64,000 nucleotides of DNA from Octopus vulgaris (lineage: Eukaryota), in assembly GCA_951406725.2 (NCBI GenBank), contig OX597819.1, forward strand, positions 75,454,001-75,518,000, given 5' to 3'. Under the pieces are notes generated by a model, which saw only the letters and a program-made list of their open reading frames with translations, was not told the DNA's origin and did no database searches. Below, one piece after another: positions 1 through 12,724 of the stretch. Both the position numbers and the translations under genes were made by a program. The number at the start of each line of letters is the position of its first letter. Position 1 is the first letter of the stretch.

Positions 1-490
1 AAAACAGAGCAATAATTTCCTATAATAGCAATGTTAGAAATCGTACTTCGTTCTTAGAAAAATACTTTACTAATGAAATTTATAATACTCGTAAATAAAT
101 CGCAATAAAACAACTGTAGAATGTAAGAATATTCTATGTAAAAAGAATGTCAAGATCATTTATAATAAAAGAAATAGTATCGTTTTCTGAATCACTTTCA
201 CTCGCATTAGACTCACGCACACCATCATTTGTAGATGCGATCACCCATTCACAAGCACTCGTAGACGGACTTGTGGATTTCTTTAAAAAAAAAAAAAACA
301 AGTCTGGAGTTGTTTGTTTAGAAGAAGTATTTTTTCGCTCTCTAAATTTCTCGGTAACAAGCAGAAGCATTTGTTATGGTAATAGAAAGTTTCACACTTC
401 GTTCAAAATTTGGATCTTGTGCTTGAAAAATAAAACTCGTAGACCCGAGGTGTCATAAAGCGAGTCCTCGTAAAGTGAAGTATTACTGTA
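1..490 (-). mobile_element. Tigger/pogo-like DNA transposon relic (one TIR plus transposase C-terminal remnant), cut by the window edge
   Basis: Minus strand begins TA|CAGTAATACTTCACTTTACGAG (pogo-type terminus). Frameshifted translation gives [20 protein letters not shown]...FRERKNTSSKQTTPDLFF, resembling Tigger C-termini. Confidence 0.55.
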
Positions 491-491
491 A

Positions 492-496
<5 letters not shown>

Positions 497-553
<57 letters not shown>

Positions 554-573
554 CTCAGTGTTTGAATGTTTTG

Positions 574-621
<48 letters not shown>

Positions 622-664
622 CTATCTATCTGTCTATCCATCAATCCATTCGCCTGTCCGTCCT

Positions 665-713
<49 letters not shown>

Positions 714-744
714 GTCTCTCTCTGTCTCTCTCTGTCTCTCTCTG

Positions 745-795
<51 letters not shown>
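497..795. repeat. Compound microsatellite (TA)n/(TCTG)n/(TC)n
   Basis: Directly visible. Confidence 0.95.
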
Positions 796-797
<2 letters not shown>

Positions 798-1314
798 AAT
801 TTGACCTTCTACTATCCATGGTCCCAGATGAATCAATATCAAGCCAGGAGATGCAAAAGAGAGCAGCATTGTCACCAAAAGCCAATCACATAAGATTGTC
901 CATTGAAAAGGTGATTACACTGGCGGTGCCTTAGCATGGCCCCAACGTTAGGGCTGAAACGTATTAAGAAATATATGAGAGCCCGTGTGTATCATATATT
1001 ATATATCTATCACCAATCTTTGCGCATAAAGATTTACCGTAGGCATTACATTATATGTGGATTATCTCCCGTTAAAGAACAAGGTTTTGATTTAAAGTTA
1101 CTTCCCCTGGGTTAAATCACAAATTTTAATTCGTGTCAGCTCGGTGAAACAAGTATTTTTATCATTTCATAATTAAGCGAGACACCTTTACATAATCCAT
1201 ATATCGTTATTAGCAATATATATAAAAAAGTATACGGATTAGCTGTAATGTTGCGTTGCTGCTGTTTCAGTGTTGACTCCTTCATGCGATTGCTGTAAAT
1301 TTATTGCGCCACGA

Positions 1315-1490
1315 GCAGCATTTCGTCCGTCTTTACGTTCTGAGATCAAATTTCGCCGAGGTCGACTTTGCCTTTTTATCCTTTCGACGTCGATGAAACA
1401 AGTACCAGTTACGCACCCTGGTCGATATAATCGACTCAACCCCTCCCCCAAAGTTTCAGACCTTGTGCCTACAGTAGAAAGGAATATTTC
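1315..1490 (+). mobile_element. SINE family D fragment (central motif ccgaggtcgactttgcctttcatcctttcggggtcgata)
   Basis: Matches the full-length copy at 33767-33997 and fragments near 24200, 34500, 36600-37240 and 45775-46680. Confidence 0.8.
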
Positions 1491-1546
1491 AAACATAAGT
1501 GAACGTGTTTGTATTTGTGTGTGTGTGTGTCTACACACACACACAC

Positions 1547-1614
<68 letters not shown>

Positions 1615-2039
1615 CATAACAACATGATATGATATAATATAACACAAGCGTACATATATGGGACACATATCGGACAGTACAATCACGGAAAAATAATGTT
1701 TGGAAATACGGAGAATTTGCTGTTGAATGTTCCTGAAAATAGGTTTGCTCCACCCGGGTATATCTCAGATTAAACAACAGCAGTAGCGACCAGCATTAAC
1801 AACCAACAGCAGTAGAACTGTGACTACCACCACAACCACCACTATCACCACCACTACTATCACCAGCTCTTATAGCAAGAACAACAACAAAAATACTATA
1901 TTTTGAAGAATCATTGAGCAATCAACATAACTGTTTCCTAGCGTTATTCTTGGCACGTATGACTACATACCACTCAATTCTGATTTAAGTGTTGATTAGC
2001 TTCAGGTCGAAATGACTTACTCTCTAATTGGTCTGGCCT

Positions 2040-2650
2040 AGCTGTTGTTGTTTAGTCGCAGGTCAACCTTAACTGAAAAGACCTATGATTAAAAGGGGAA
2101 GGAAGGAAGCACTCCGTCGGTTACGACGACGAGGGTTCCGGTTGATCCGAATCAACGGAACAGCCTGCTCGTGAAATTAACGTGTAAGTGGCTGAGCACT
2201 TCACAGACACGTGTACCCTTAACGTAGTTCTCGGGGATATTCAGCGTGACACAGAGAGTGACAAGGCCGGCCCTTTGAAATACAGGTACAACAGAAACAG
2301 GAAGTAAGAGTGAGAGAAAGTTGTGGTGAAAGAGTACAGCAGGGATCACCACCATCCCTGCCGGAGCCCCGTGGAGCTTTAGGTGTTTTCGCTCAATAAA
2401 CACTCACAACGCCCAGTCTGGGAATCGAAACCGCGATCCTATGACCGCGAGTCCGCTGCCCTAACCACTGGGCCATTGCACCTCCATGATTAAAAGCATA
2501 CCAACCATGACTATGCGGCTTTTTTTTTACCTATGTTTAGGGCTTCCAGGTACACATTATCCATTGTGTCTTTTTCTAGGACGGTAGGATGTGATTTAAA
2601 GAAGATTTGACTGTAATTTCTAGCTTATCAGCTATCAAGTGGAAGCTCCA
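2040..2650 (+). repeat. Unclassified dispersed repeat, interrupted by a SINE at 2096-2485
   Basis: Motifs gacctatgatcaaag...cacattatcca...ggtaggatgtgatttgaaggagatttgactgctatttctag recur at about 34940-35430 (-), 39350-39550 (-), 45330-45500 and 63580-63910. Confidence 0.65.
2096..2485 (-). mobile_element. tRNA-derived SINE family A, long tail (tail type 1), full length
   Basis: tRNA-like head tggcccagtggttagggcagcggactcgcgg...gtttcgattcc with A/B boxes; 11-bp TSD atgattaaaag (2085-2095, 2486-2496); near-identical to 30850-31233. Resembles octopus OR-type SINEs (from memory). Confidence 0.9.
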
Positions 2651-2957
2651 TAATTAATGAGACAAGCATAACTTTGAATAAAAATAGTGTCTTCATTCAG
2701 TTTATCTAGAGGAGAAATCAATTCCATTGGAAGCTATGCCCACGCGCTGGCGAACTCATCCGTGTTGTGTGAGTGTGTGTATGTGTGTATGTGTGAATCT
2801 CTCTGTGATTCATGTATAGAGGGAGATGAGGCTCTACACAGTTGCATATATACTGTGATGAGCTGTATATAGTAAGATGAATATACTGTCATAAGGATAT
2901 ATTCAATAAGAAAGAAGTATATATACATATATACATACATGCATGTAGTAGTTGGCT

Positions 2958-2958
2958 G

Positions 2959-3012
<54 letters not shown>

Positions 3013-3052
3013 GCTACTGCTGCTGCTGCTGCTGCTACTGCTGCTGATGCTG

Positions 3053-3112
<60 letters not shown>
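2958..3112. repeat. (ACT)n/(GCT)n trinucleotide array
   Basis: Directly visible. Confidence 0.95.
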
Positions 3113-3149
3113 GTTTAAAGGATAAAATATTATGACAGTCTACCGGTTT

Positions 3150-3352
3150 CACTAATCATGAGGTAGTGAGTTCAATTCCCGGACCCGGACCAGGACCAGT
3201 GTGTAGTCTTCTTGAGCAAGACACTTTATTTCACGTTGCTCTAGTTGGTCTTCTATAAAACTACCTTGCCCAGACTTGTGCCTTGGAGGGGAACTTTCTA
3301 GGTACAATCCCATGGTTATTCATGACCGAAGGGGGTCTTTGCCCTTTACCTT
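3150..3352 (+). mobile_element. Degenerate tRNA-derived SINE with CORE-like segment
   Basis: B-box gagttcaattcc followed by cttgagcaagacactttatttcacgttgctc; related copy at about 44840-44960. Confidence 0.6.
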
Positions 3353-3357
3353 TTATG

Positions 3358-3434
<77 letters not shown>

Positions 3435-3834
3435 GGAGAGGGAGAATGATAGAGAATGGGGAGGTTAAGAATTAACGACAGCAAAAGCTACGAAGAAGTC
3501 TTACAAGATGAAATTATTCGTCTGAAGCTGAATAAAAGAGGACAATGGCTCCAGACTATTATAAACGGCCTTACTACTCACAAATCTAACAGAAAATGCA
3601 CGATAGACTCATTAACGAAATATAATAAAAACTATCTCTTCGTACGTACCTATTCTAACTACTATCGATCTATTTCTTTTACTTGTTTTAGTTAAGGGCG
3701 TGTTAGGGGGCACGGCCTTGAAGAATACCGATTGCAGTGCTGGTACTTTTCCCATCGGTCTCTTTTTCCGAGCTCTTAAGTTATGGGGACGCAAAACAAA
3801 GCGACGCCAGTTTCAAGCGAGGGAACAAAGAAAG

Positions 3835-3884
<50 letters not shown>

Positions 3885-5029
3885 ATAGACAGACAGACAG
3901 ACATACACACACACACACAACGATCTTCCGCATAGTTTCCTTGTATCAAACTCATTCAGAAGGCATTGGTCGTTCCGGGACTATAAAAGAGAACACTCGC
4001 ACCCAAAATACCGCGGTGTGGGACTGAACCCAATACCACGTAGTAGCAAAGCGAGCTTATTTATAAACCACAATGCATTACATTTTCAAGGAGTATGATA
4101 GTTTTGTTTTGGCTTCTATCAAACCAGAATGTGACGATTGGGTGCCGGTGTTTGGCGCTGGTGATCTAGCACGGCTGACAGGCAACGATACATCTTTACG
4201 TTGGGAGCAAATACTCACTCATGCATATACGCGCAGAAATATGCAGAGGCAAATAGAGAGGTAGAGAGCGAGCGAGAGGGAGAGAGAGAGAGAGAGAGAG
4301 GGCAACATAAAAACGTCTAACGTCAAATATGTAAGCGTTGAATCAGCAATGCTAAATAGGCGGCGCCAAAAAGACTGCCGCAACGTCTCATATTCACATA
4401 GAACAGCAAAAATACTTCAAATGAAAGGGAAAAAACAAACAAACAAAAACCCACTCACGGTGCCCCAGCATGGTTTCAGTGTAATGACTAAAAATATAAA
4501 CGATAAAAAATAATAAAAAGATATATATGCTTGGAACATAGTTTGTTGCCGCAGCAAATATAAACCTCTACAGTTTGTGCCAGTATTTGAGAAAAGGCTT
4601 CCAAACACTCGGTTACTTGTAAAGCGCCATAGAACTTAGGTTTCTTAAAAAGATATAATTGAAAACACAGAATGTACAGATCAAGAATCAGCAAATTTAG
4701 CCCGCCCCTGGATGGACAAAATTTATACCCTCGGGAATAAATCTATCCTGATTTGGGAACACCACATCTGAAGGTGGCAAAGTTCATCTACTATCGCATG
4801 CATACATACATACATACATACATACATACATACATAACTAATAAATAAAACATATGCATACATACATACATACATACATACATGTACATACCTACATCTA
4901 TATGTATATATACATGCATATATGGGTACAGGACACCACAAAAAACGTAGAACACAACGAAAAACGAAAACATAAAAACAAAACAGGGAAACGAACTTTT
5001 TTTAACAACGAAAGAACAGAGTACAAGAA

Positions 5030-5097
<68 letters not shown>

Positions 5098-5589
5098 GTG
5101 AAAGGGAGAGGAGAAGAAACCAGAAAGGATGAAAAATAAGAGGTGAGAGACAGGTAGATAGGAAGACAGACTGGCAGGGAGGAAAGGTCAAGTAAAGAGT
5201 TAAGAGTGCGCGTCATAATTATTGAAATAAAACTTACTTGGAGGAAGACGCGTGCGTTCAATCATATAATAACAATTTGATAAATAAAACATATGCATAT
5301 ACATACATACATACATACATACATACATACATACATACATACATACACACACACATAATACATGCATACATTTTCTCACACACCATATATGTAAGTATAT
5401 ATGTATGTGCACATATTTATAAATATATGTATGTAAGCACGCACACACTAACACACACACAGATACGCACACAAACACACACACAGAGTCGTCTAAGAAT
5501 ACATAAATGAGACAGATCAATTTCAGTCGATCTTACCCATCGGTTTCACACTGGGTGATTATAATAATGGTAGGGCCCGTAAGCAGGAT

Positions 5590-6657
5590 AATATATACCT
5601 TCTTTTATGTGGGCAAGGGCTGAGAATCTCGTTCCTATAATTTAGGTAGATGAGAATTTCTTTTTATATAATTCTTTTCTCAACTAAACATAATCTCCAT
5701 TTTCCACTGTCATCAAAATAGACTTTCTCTTCTTTAAGATTTTCCATTTGGTGCTGTAATCCTTGGCGCTGTCGTTTAACGACCACACATGTCTATCAAG
5801 GCTGTCACGTTGTGTCTTTCCTGGATCTGGAAGGAGGACTTATGGTCGTTGGATCTGGTTCTGAAAGGACCTTCTGTTGCACCCACATACTTCCGCACGT
5901 TTGACTATCCAATGAAGCATTTGATATTACCTCTGCCTCATACACGATTATATCCATGTTGCAGGGGCCGTTAAGAGGGTATATGGGGAGGGTGTATAGT
6001 TTTGTATGAGCAGCCTACTTCTGTCTCAGGTATTGGCCTACTTAATAATATCTTCTTTACACTAGGTGCACAGCTGAAATAAACTCTTAAGCTCTGCCTA
6101 TTAAAAGTTTTATGGGAACTATTTGTTCGCAGAAAATTTCACCCGGACAAGTATCTAAGCCTAGGAAGAAGGGATGTGAACCACGAGACTTTCCGGTGGA
6201 AGTTTCTCTTGGGGGTGCTTAAGGTCTAGTGTGTAACGTATCCTATCCTTAAAACTGCTGGCATGCAGAACCTCGTTGTACTATAGGGCAGCAGCGTCGA
6301 AAACATCTTTACTTGGAGCCAGGTTGAAGATTCTTCTGGTGACCCTCTTTACCAGGTTCATGAACACTATGTCAGAATGACAGAAAGCTGTGCTAATGTA
6401 TGTTAACGCCTTGCACGCATCCTAAAGTGCCTATTAGCACCGGATTCCAAGTCTAAGGTCACATTAACGAAATAAGCGAAATCAACTGACTTCAGGTTGG
6501 TTTCTTTTGTGACCCTTAGCCCAAGAGAATTCATGTTGTGAGTGAGGTCCTTCCTAAGTCTGTCGAGAGTGTGACCGTTAGCTCTTCTCGATATTACAAA
6601 AGCATCTTCTTTGAAATATTGGTCTTTGCCGAAGATCAAACTCACCTTCAACTGCAT
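5590..6657 (-). pseudogene. Degenerate Penelope-like element ORF (RT C-terminal part plus C-terminal GIY-YIG endonuclease), Naiad-like
   Basis: Minus-strand pieces across frameshifts: LDRLRKDL..LGLRVTKETNLKSVDF..VTLDLESG; YPLNGPCNMDIIVYEAEV; YVGATEGPFRTRSNDHKSSF; LDRHVWSL..YSTKWKIL; EILSPCPHKRR. Many stops. Confidence 0.8.
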
Positions 6658-6902
6658 TCCATTTTTTATATATTTGTAATTAACTTAAATTCCAGGTTGT
6701 GATTTCTTTGCTCCTATTGACCAGAATTAATCGTTAACATAATGATTATACTCTCCTGAGCACTAGTGTAACGTTAATTAATAAAAACTTTGATTCATGA
6801 TGTAATGTATGCTAACATCAACTTCACCACTGAAGTAAACTGTGTTGAGCGTGCACTAGTCTATACTATACTATACTATACTATATTGTATTATAAGATC
6901 TT

Positions 6903-7255
6903 TACCTTTTGACGTACAGATTTAAAAAATAATTTTTTGTAACTAAACACTTTCAAACTTCAGACACTGGTAGAATGTGTCATATAAAACATATTTTATT
7001 CTTAGCATTTTTGAGAAAAACTTATATTTACGAAGTTATTTCACGTTATAGTTCTCGTATTGATATGTGTGTATATTGACTGGTCGAAATTAGCGATATA
7101 CGAGAACTATAACGTGAAATAACTTCGTAAATATAAGTTTTTCTCAAAAATGCTAAGAGTAAAACATGTTTTATATGATACATTCTACCAGTGTCCGAAG
7201 TTTGAAAGTGTTTAGTTACAAAAAATTATTTTTTAAATCTGTACGTCAAAAGGTA
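6903..7255. mobile_element. MITE/foldback element with 158-bp inverted arms and 37-bp spacer
   Basis: 6903-7060 (taccttttgacgtacagattt...gttctcgtat) is the near-perfect reverse complement of 7098-7255. Confidence 0.9.
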
Positions 7256-7278
7256 TTATATATATATATATATATATA

Positions 7279-7516
7279 TGGTTCAAAATAGTTTGATTCG
7301 GATTCTGCGCTACTTCAAGTTTCGAAGACCCTACCGGAGCTTCTCCCCAGGCTTGTCAGGATTCGAATTCGGATTCTGATTCTGACTGGCCTGAGGAGGG
7401 GTCCATTGAAGGGTCCAAAACTTGAAGTAGCACCGAATGCGAATCAAACTGTTTTGAACAATTACATGTTACTCCCAGTAAATGTGCCCTTTCTTTCGTT
7501 TGTCCACTCATATTTA
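7279..7516 (+). mobile_element. Penelope-like pLTR remnant with a partial inverted copy and degenerate hammerhead, between (TA)n tracts
   Basis: 7281-7332 is an imperfect inverted copy of 7410-7460; core CTGAGGAG...gggtcc(A/G)AAACTTGAAGTA; the inverted copy retains CGAAACTTGAAGTA. Confidence 0.6.
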
Positions 7517-7532
7517 TGTATATATATATATA

Positions 7533-7918
7533 TTATATAAAATCCGTTCTGTGTGTGTGTATGTCTTCTAGGATCTCGGGCATCCTCCATCCGATTGCGC
7601 TCAAATTTGATATGTAGATACCGACGGTTTCAGGGCGTGTACAAGTCTTGAAAAAATTACAAAATTCGATTCCAGGTGAGAATGCGATCGATAAAGCCGT
7701 GGGAACGTGCTTTGTAAAATCGTTTTTCTTGGAATAGAAAAAAGTCTATCTTTATTTCTTTTTTTGCTGGTGTCTCAAATTTAGGTTAAATCAGTGTTTC
7801 TCAAAGGGAAGGCCTATGGAACAGCCGGACAAGTTGTTTTGAGAAAATTTGGTTTAAATGTTTGACAACTCAGCACCGTTCATTGGACGGGGGGAAATGT
7901 GACAAAATTGTTTTGCTC

Positions 7919-7920
<2 letters not shown>
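7533..7920 (+). mobile_element. Non-autonomous Helitron-like element
   Basis: 5' tatataaaatccg..(tg)n..ccgattgcgctcaaatttg; 3' hairpin ccgttcattggacgg followed by CTCG|T; second copy at 40392-40938. Confidence 0.65.
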
Positions 7921-7970
<50 letters not shown>

Positions 7971-8398
7971 TGTGTGTGTGTGTGTGTGTGTGTACGTATA
8001 TATATCTATGTATATATATCTATGTGTGTGTGTATACGTACATACATACACATATATATACATATCTATATATAAAGTAAAATAAAAAAAATGAATGAAA
8101 AATAGGTTGGTGACAATTTGAACATTTTCAATCATGGGTTTTCTCGAGCATGGCTGGCTTAGGGTTGAACAATAACAGCAGTATCTGCAGCAGCAGCAGC
8201 CATCCAAGAATTTGGACCTGGAGATCTCCATTTCCAGCGACTTCGAGGGTCACCTCCCAGTGGTGTCGGGCGTCAACGAAGAGCTCTCGACTACAACACA
8301 AGACGACCAAAGTTTTTTACTTTTTCTAAGGTCTGGGGTCTCCTGCCCCTAAGCCTTAGACCATCACCTCCTAATCACCCTTAATTGTCTTGTTGCTT

Positions 8399-8441
<43 letters not shown>

Positions 8442-8944
8442 GCAGCAGCAGTAGCAGCAGTAGCAGTAGCAACAGCAGCAGCAGTAGCAGTAGCAACAGC
8501 AGCACCACCACCACCACCACCAACAACAATAATAACAACATTGATGGCATGATGCTGTTACTACCAGCAAATGCATTAGTAGCAACAACAGCAACAATAA
8601 TCTAAATTAACATGTGGAAACTGATTTTATCAGACACATGTCACGAAATGTAAATATATTATAACTACGAGCAACGCATTGTTACATTAGTTCGAGCAAA
8701 TACGCGCCTTTACATATCTTTTTTCGAAAGCTGATAACAGAGCCAATATGAATATCGATCAACTAATTGCATCAGTAGTTTATTTTAACGCGGAATCATC
8801 GAAATTGCGCTTTAGACAAAACGCTATATATTACGTAAGACAGAACTGGTGCAATGAACTAATCATGTGACCAGGATGATTCACACGGCCACTAAATACA
8901 CACGCTCCTTCTGTTTGCTTAATAACTCTTTAGTCATGTGGCGT

Positions 8945-9430
<486 letters not shown>

Positions 9431-9479
9431 TAAGGTGTTGCTCGTCACCGTCTGTTCGTTCGAAGCTCTAACTCTCCAG

Positions 9480-9756
9480 AAATTTAATATTTAATAAATT
9501 TCTGGATGCCACTGTTTAAGAAGTTTTCCTACATTGTCGTTGAAAGCTCGAAACAGGGAGTAATTAACATTCAACAACTGAGGAGGGGTTAGACTTCTCG
9601 TGGTATTTTGTCCCGTACTTGTCTCTCGTTATGTGTTTGCGTATTTTTCACTCTTTGATGTCCTGTTCTTATTGTATATTTTTTGGTAATTTGTCCCGTA
9701 CTTATCGTGTGTCTACGTATTTTTCACTCGTTGGTGATGTCCTGTACTTGATGTAT
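9480..9756 (+). mobile_element. Probable Penelope-like 3' end ending in (TA)n
   Basis: Hammerhead-like gaaagctCGAAAC and a T-rich tail with gatgtcctgtac; a related tail occurs on the minus strand at about 4920-5030. Confidence 0.4.
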
Positions 9757-10316
9757 TATATATATATATATAGTCGCTGAAAATGTGGGTGGCCGGTTGA
9801 TTGATTCTCCGGTCACACTTTGCATCATATAGAGGAAACGGGGAGAGAAAGAAAGAAAGAGGGAGAGCGAGAGAGAGAGAGAGAGTGAAAGAGAGATACA
9901 GAGGGAATTTACATGAGCTGCTGGATGAATATACATACTCGGCTTGGTGGAACGGGGAAGAGAAGAGAGTGCAATGACTGAGTTGCTAGGAGAGGAATTA
10001 TACAAATGAGAAATTAGTTTAATTATATTTTAGGATAATAAATATTTTTCCTTTGAAAATTACTATTCATTTCATCACTGTCCTTAACTTATATTTCCTC
10101 ATATTACCTGATATGGTGGAAAAAATATACATCCAAAATTACCCCTCATATGACGGGATAAAACTAGTTTTTACCTTTCAAATTTGGGTTGCCCTTTCCC
10201 AGCTTTTGTTGGTTTTGGATTGTTATCGATGCTTCTGCAAGTTTGATTTTTTTTCTAGGTAGAGATGTTGGCCTAATGCAAACACATTTTTACCTCTGGA
10301 TAGGAGTGGCCCATAT

Positions 10317-10792
10317 TAGTCTGTCAAGAATGGGAGGCTCTACCCAGATGTTTGTGCTTTGTTGGCATGACTCTCAGGGTCATTAAGGCATACAATCCAT
10401 CAACCCGAGTAAAATAAAATAAAGAAGAGAAAATTTCATACAAAGCTTATTTTTGTGGCGCAAACACCCCACACACATCACAAGTGACAGAAGCAGCTTT
10501 TAACGCCAATAGATTCTCTTTAGGAGAAAGTTATACTTCGCTAATGAGACCATATTAAAAAGTGAAACATGTCTAAACTTGTCTCCTGCACTTGTCAGGA
10601 AAATGAAAATGATATGTTTGTTCCAGTTCATCTCATATTTATTTCTAGTTAGCTTTTTAATGTCTTAAGAATTAAATTCGTTTGATACTAGCTTACCTTT
10701 GATTAACGCAAGGCTTATATGAATTATTTCGTGAATTTGGTGAAATTGCAAGTGTAGAGCAATGGGTAGAGCCTCCCATTCTTGACAGACTA
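10317..10792. mobile_element. MITE with 30-bp perfect TIRs (TAG...CTA termini, possibly Academ-type)
   Basis: tagtctgtcaagaatgggaggctctaccca (10317-10346) and its exact reverse complement at 10763-10792; flanks atat/aaat. Confidence 0.75.
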
Positions 10793-11287
10793 AAATGAGA
10801 AATTGGGAAACAAACTTCATACAGATTTAGCATTTCTTACGAGATACGAGAATGTTATAATTGTGTTGTTTGTTTCAATTTGACTTTCATAAATTATTTG
10901 ATATTGATTTTCATAATCTACAAGGCAGTTATTAGAAGCTTGATACGATATTTTATCTAGTAAACCATAACTAATACGAAATATATTAACGATAGTCCTA
11001 TCTATATTTCCAAAGTATATGCAATATACGGTAGTTTCTACGACCATTTTCCCCAAACTATCATTAATATATTTTCCATTAGATATGGTTTAGCAGATAA
11101 TTGTGAAGAAGGGATTTCTCGACATTGTAGAGCTCATGAAAACAATTCTGCTTGATATTTTCCCTACAACACTGAGAAGAGACATGCTTCGAGAATAACC
11201 GTATATGTTCTAATCCCCTTTTACTTTGTACAACAACTTCAGCAACGCATCTATCTAATCCCAAGGAACTGTGTAATTTCTCTACAG

Positions 11288-11360
<73 letters not shown>

Positions 11361-11363
<3 letters not shown>

Positions 11364-11551
11364 GGTCCCGGGTTGAGTCGGGGTTAACCACAGTAAATAA
11401 GGTACTCAATACATAGCAGAGTAAATTAATTTATTTTATAGAAGGAGCTTCTACAGGACTAGAACTGTTTCATTCAAAAGAAATCATCAGGAAGCTTCCT
11501 GATGATTTCTTTTGAATGAAACAGTTCTAGTCCTGTAGAAGCTCCTTCTAT

Positions 11552-11560
<9 letters not shown>
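11361..11560 (-). mobile_element. Short Penelope-like pLTR fragment forming a perfect 124-bp palindrome, flanked by (TA)n
   Basis: 11433-11556 is a perfect palindrome centred on gaag|cttc; the minus strand continues into AATAAA and a unique ~70-bp tail. Confidence 0.75.
11493..11543 (+). ncRNA. Type I minimal hammerhead ribozyme fold (mirror copy on the minus strand at 11446-11496)
   Basis: Stem I agcttc/gaagct; core CTGATGA (11499-11505); stem II ttc-tttt-gaa with a U-U closing mismatch; GAAA (11518-11521); stem III cag/ctg; GUA cleavage triplet ending at 11537. Activity untested. Confidence 0.7.
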
Positions 11561-11604
<44 letters not shown>

Positions 11605-12476
11605 GATAATGAAGGAGATCCTGTAAACTATCTGTTCATAGGTTGAGCACTTCTGCCGGAATGCCATAAATGCTAGGAGGTATTCCATTTCTAACTCGGC
11701 ACAAAACATCCCTAATCATCAAGTGGAAATCATCAAGAAAGGAATTTGCTGAAAGAATGTAAATAAGACCAATCAATGCTTGAAGGAACAATTTAGCAAA
11801 AAACTAAAATATTCTTGACCATACTGAAGGATTTTATTCAAATCTTTAATGAGTGTCTTGTGATAATGAAGATCCCAGGAACGCTTAGTCCATCACATAT
11901 TTTTTATGTTTCGAGCTTCTTTTTGAATATTTGGCTTAACCGTTTTATATTGAGCCAATAAATTTCCTTTTGGACAGAGTTGCTTACGTGAATTTATTTC
12001 CAAGGCTAATACGCTCTGTATATATTTATTATCGTTAAATCCATGTTTCATTTTGTATCATTGATATATTTCGCATTAGTTATGATTTATCAGATAATTT
12101 ACAAGGCTGGCATTTTTGTATATTTGCGTATTGTATTTGTATATTGTAATTCCTAATACTCCCTTCAAAACTTTGGTGAACCTCGTTTTTGAAGTCATTC
12201 CACTTATCAGTTTTTTTCTGAAGGATTAAATCCTAACTTTAACTTTTGTCTGATAGAGCTTGCCTTTAGTTCAGCAACCTTAAGTCTCCTTCAAACATTG
12301 AAAATCCTTCTTTATAATTTAGAGTCGTACTTGCGCCTCTTAAAACCTGGATATATCGCACATCATTCAAAGTTAGAACGCAATCATGCTTCTACCATCT
12401 CTTGGAACATGAAAGTATCCAAATTCTATTGTAAATAACTTTTTGTTCGAAGAAGATATTACAGTCGGATTCATAT

Positions 12477-12579
12477 GTATGTATATGTATGTATGCATGT
12501 ATGTATGTATGTATGTATTTATGTATGTATGTATGTATGTATGTATGTATGTATGTATGTATGTATGTATGTATGTATG

Positions 12580-12649
<70 letters not shown>

Positions 12650-12724
12650 CCTATCTATCTATCTATCTATCTATCTACCTACCAATCTATCTATCTATCT
12701 CTCTATCTACCTACCAATCTATCT
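12477..12724. repeat. (TATG)n then (TCTA)n array, upstream target of the Tx1 element
   Basis: Directly visible; contains the variant unit ctacctaccaat. Confidence 0.95.

Larger units (their letters stand above)
10830..12470 (-). pseudogene. Highly degenerate RTE-clade LINE ORF fragment, interrupted at about 11290-11601
   Basis: Minus-strand remnants QYKTVKPNIQKEARNIKNM*W; YGIPAEVL...LQDLLH; DALLKLLYKVKGD*NIYGYSRSMSLLSVVGKISSRIV, matching the RTE RT N-terminal motif KGDxxxCGNYRGISLLS. Confidence 0.65.

Noticed and set aside
8110-8390. GC-richer segment with a short open frame ([27 protein letters not shown]) as a host exon
   Set aside because: No recognisable domain or convincing splice-site pair, and stops lie nearby; it cannot be supported without RNA-seq or BLASTX.
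12443-12724. N-terminal part of the 381-aa ORF as a real protein start
   Set aside because: It is read-through of (TATG)n/(TCTA)n; LINE homology starts at 12725 in the middle of the endonuclease domain.
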